Shown in pieces: positions 63,201 through 64,000 of a DNA stretch of 64,000 nt. Position numbers and translations under genes: made by a program. Location: positions 5,335,684-5,399,683 of the forward strand of contig MU061814.1 of the NCBI GenBank assembly GCA_013265495.1. The letters are read 5' to 3'. Numbering within the stretch: position 1 is the first letter of the stretch; each line of letters starts with the position of its first letter. This DNA is from Vicugna vicugna. Taxonomy: Eukaryota. Below the pieces are notes generated by a model. It ran no database searches. It saw nothing but the letters and a program-made list of their open reading frames with translations, and had not been told where the DNA came from.

Positions 63201-64000
63201 TTCTAGCCTCAACGATCGTTAAGGAAGAAAACCTACATTTTCTTTTGGGCTTTCCAGGAGGTCAAAGATGAGGGCACAGCCCGGACAGCAGGAGAGGAAC
63301 CTGGGTCTGGGTTGGGTGGAGGAGACGGGGGTGAGCGGGGGTGGGAGGGAGGACTGGTGCGGGTGGAAGGGGGGTGACTGGGGTGGGACAGGGTGGGCGG
63401 CAGCCCCCCACACTCCGGCCTGGGGCCAGGTGAGGAGGCAGGAGGGGGCAGCTCCCTGTCCAGTGCAGCCACACCCAGCCCTGGGCAGCGGGCAGACCCC
63501 AGGTTGGCCCCTTCCTCGCTGCTGCTTCTCTGGAGCAGCTCCTAACTCAGGAAACAGAGGCGCCTCCCCGCAGCCCGCAGAGGCGCCTGGGGGTGAGGAC
63601 GTCTGTTGATTTCACGAGTCAGTTGCAACGTGTCGAGTTCGGTGAAACGTGCTAAGTGCTGTGATCTCATCCCAGAGGAGGGGCAGCAGGTGCACGGGAC
63701 ACGGCAGAGGGAAGGGGCTCGGTGTCCTCACGCGCTGGGAATTTCAGGATCAGGGAGGGGGGTCCAGAGGGTCTCAGAGCGCCAAGCCCAGGAGAGCAGC
63801 CGGCCAGGAATGGCTGGCTTCTTCCCTGAGCCCTCCCCTCTGGCCCCATGCACCACAGGGGGACTAGGAGAGGCTCCTTTGGGCTTTGGTCCAACCCGGA
63901 GACCACCCTGTCGCCAGGCTTGGACCGTGGTGGGAGCACCAAGGGTCCTCTGCCCACCGAGGCCCTGCACATAAACTCCCAGCAGCCCTCCCGGTGCCTC

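Noticed and set aside
55500-64000. Downstream protein-coding gene (MRGBP in human synteny)
   Set aside because: No recognisable coding exons or CpG-island promoter within the window.
1-64000. CRISPR arrays, rRNA, operons or other prokaryotic systems
   Set aside because: The sequence is clearly mammalian (spliceosomal introns, L1/MIR/MLT repeats), and no repeat-spacer structure was seen.

Overview
Mammalian, GC-rich genomic DNA containing the complete 4-exon neurotensin receptor 1 gene (NTSR1) on the + strand. The CDS joins 15301-16023, 49189-49390, 51018-51108 and 52234-52483 (1266 nt, 421 aa). The gene has a TATA-less CpG-island promoter, a 33-kb intron 1 and a ~2.9-kb 3'UTR ending at a putative AATAAA (55427). 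One tRNA-derived SINE resembles the camelid family, so the species is tentatively camel/alpaca/llama. No other protein-coding gene is supported; the remaining ORFs are GC-rich shadows or decayed L1. Non-coding DNA carries antisense L1 fragments, MLT1 LTRs, an ERV solo LTR, and MIR and L2 remnants. The most notable observations are: (1) the exon 3 donor reads TTGAGT instead of GTGAGT, with an in-frame TGA immediately behind it; (2) a near-perfect RE1/REST site in intron 1; (3) an L1 ORF2 fragment that has become CpG-island-like; (4) a CpG-rich antisense ERV LTR; (5) an interstitial telomeric array just past the 3' end; (6) an apparently identical 383-bp tandem duplication. I see no evidence of a wholly new biological system. 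Repeat and orthologue comparisons are from recalled consensus sequences, not from searches, and repeat boundaries are approximate.
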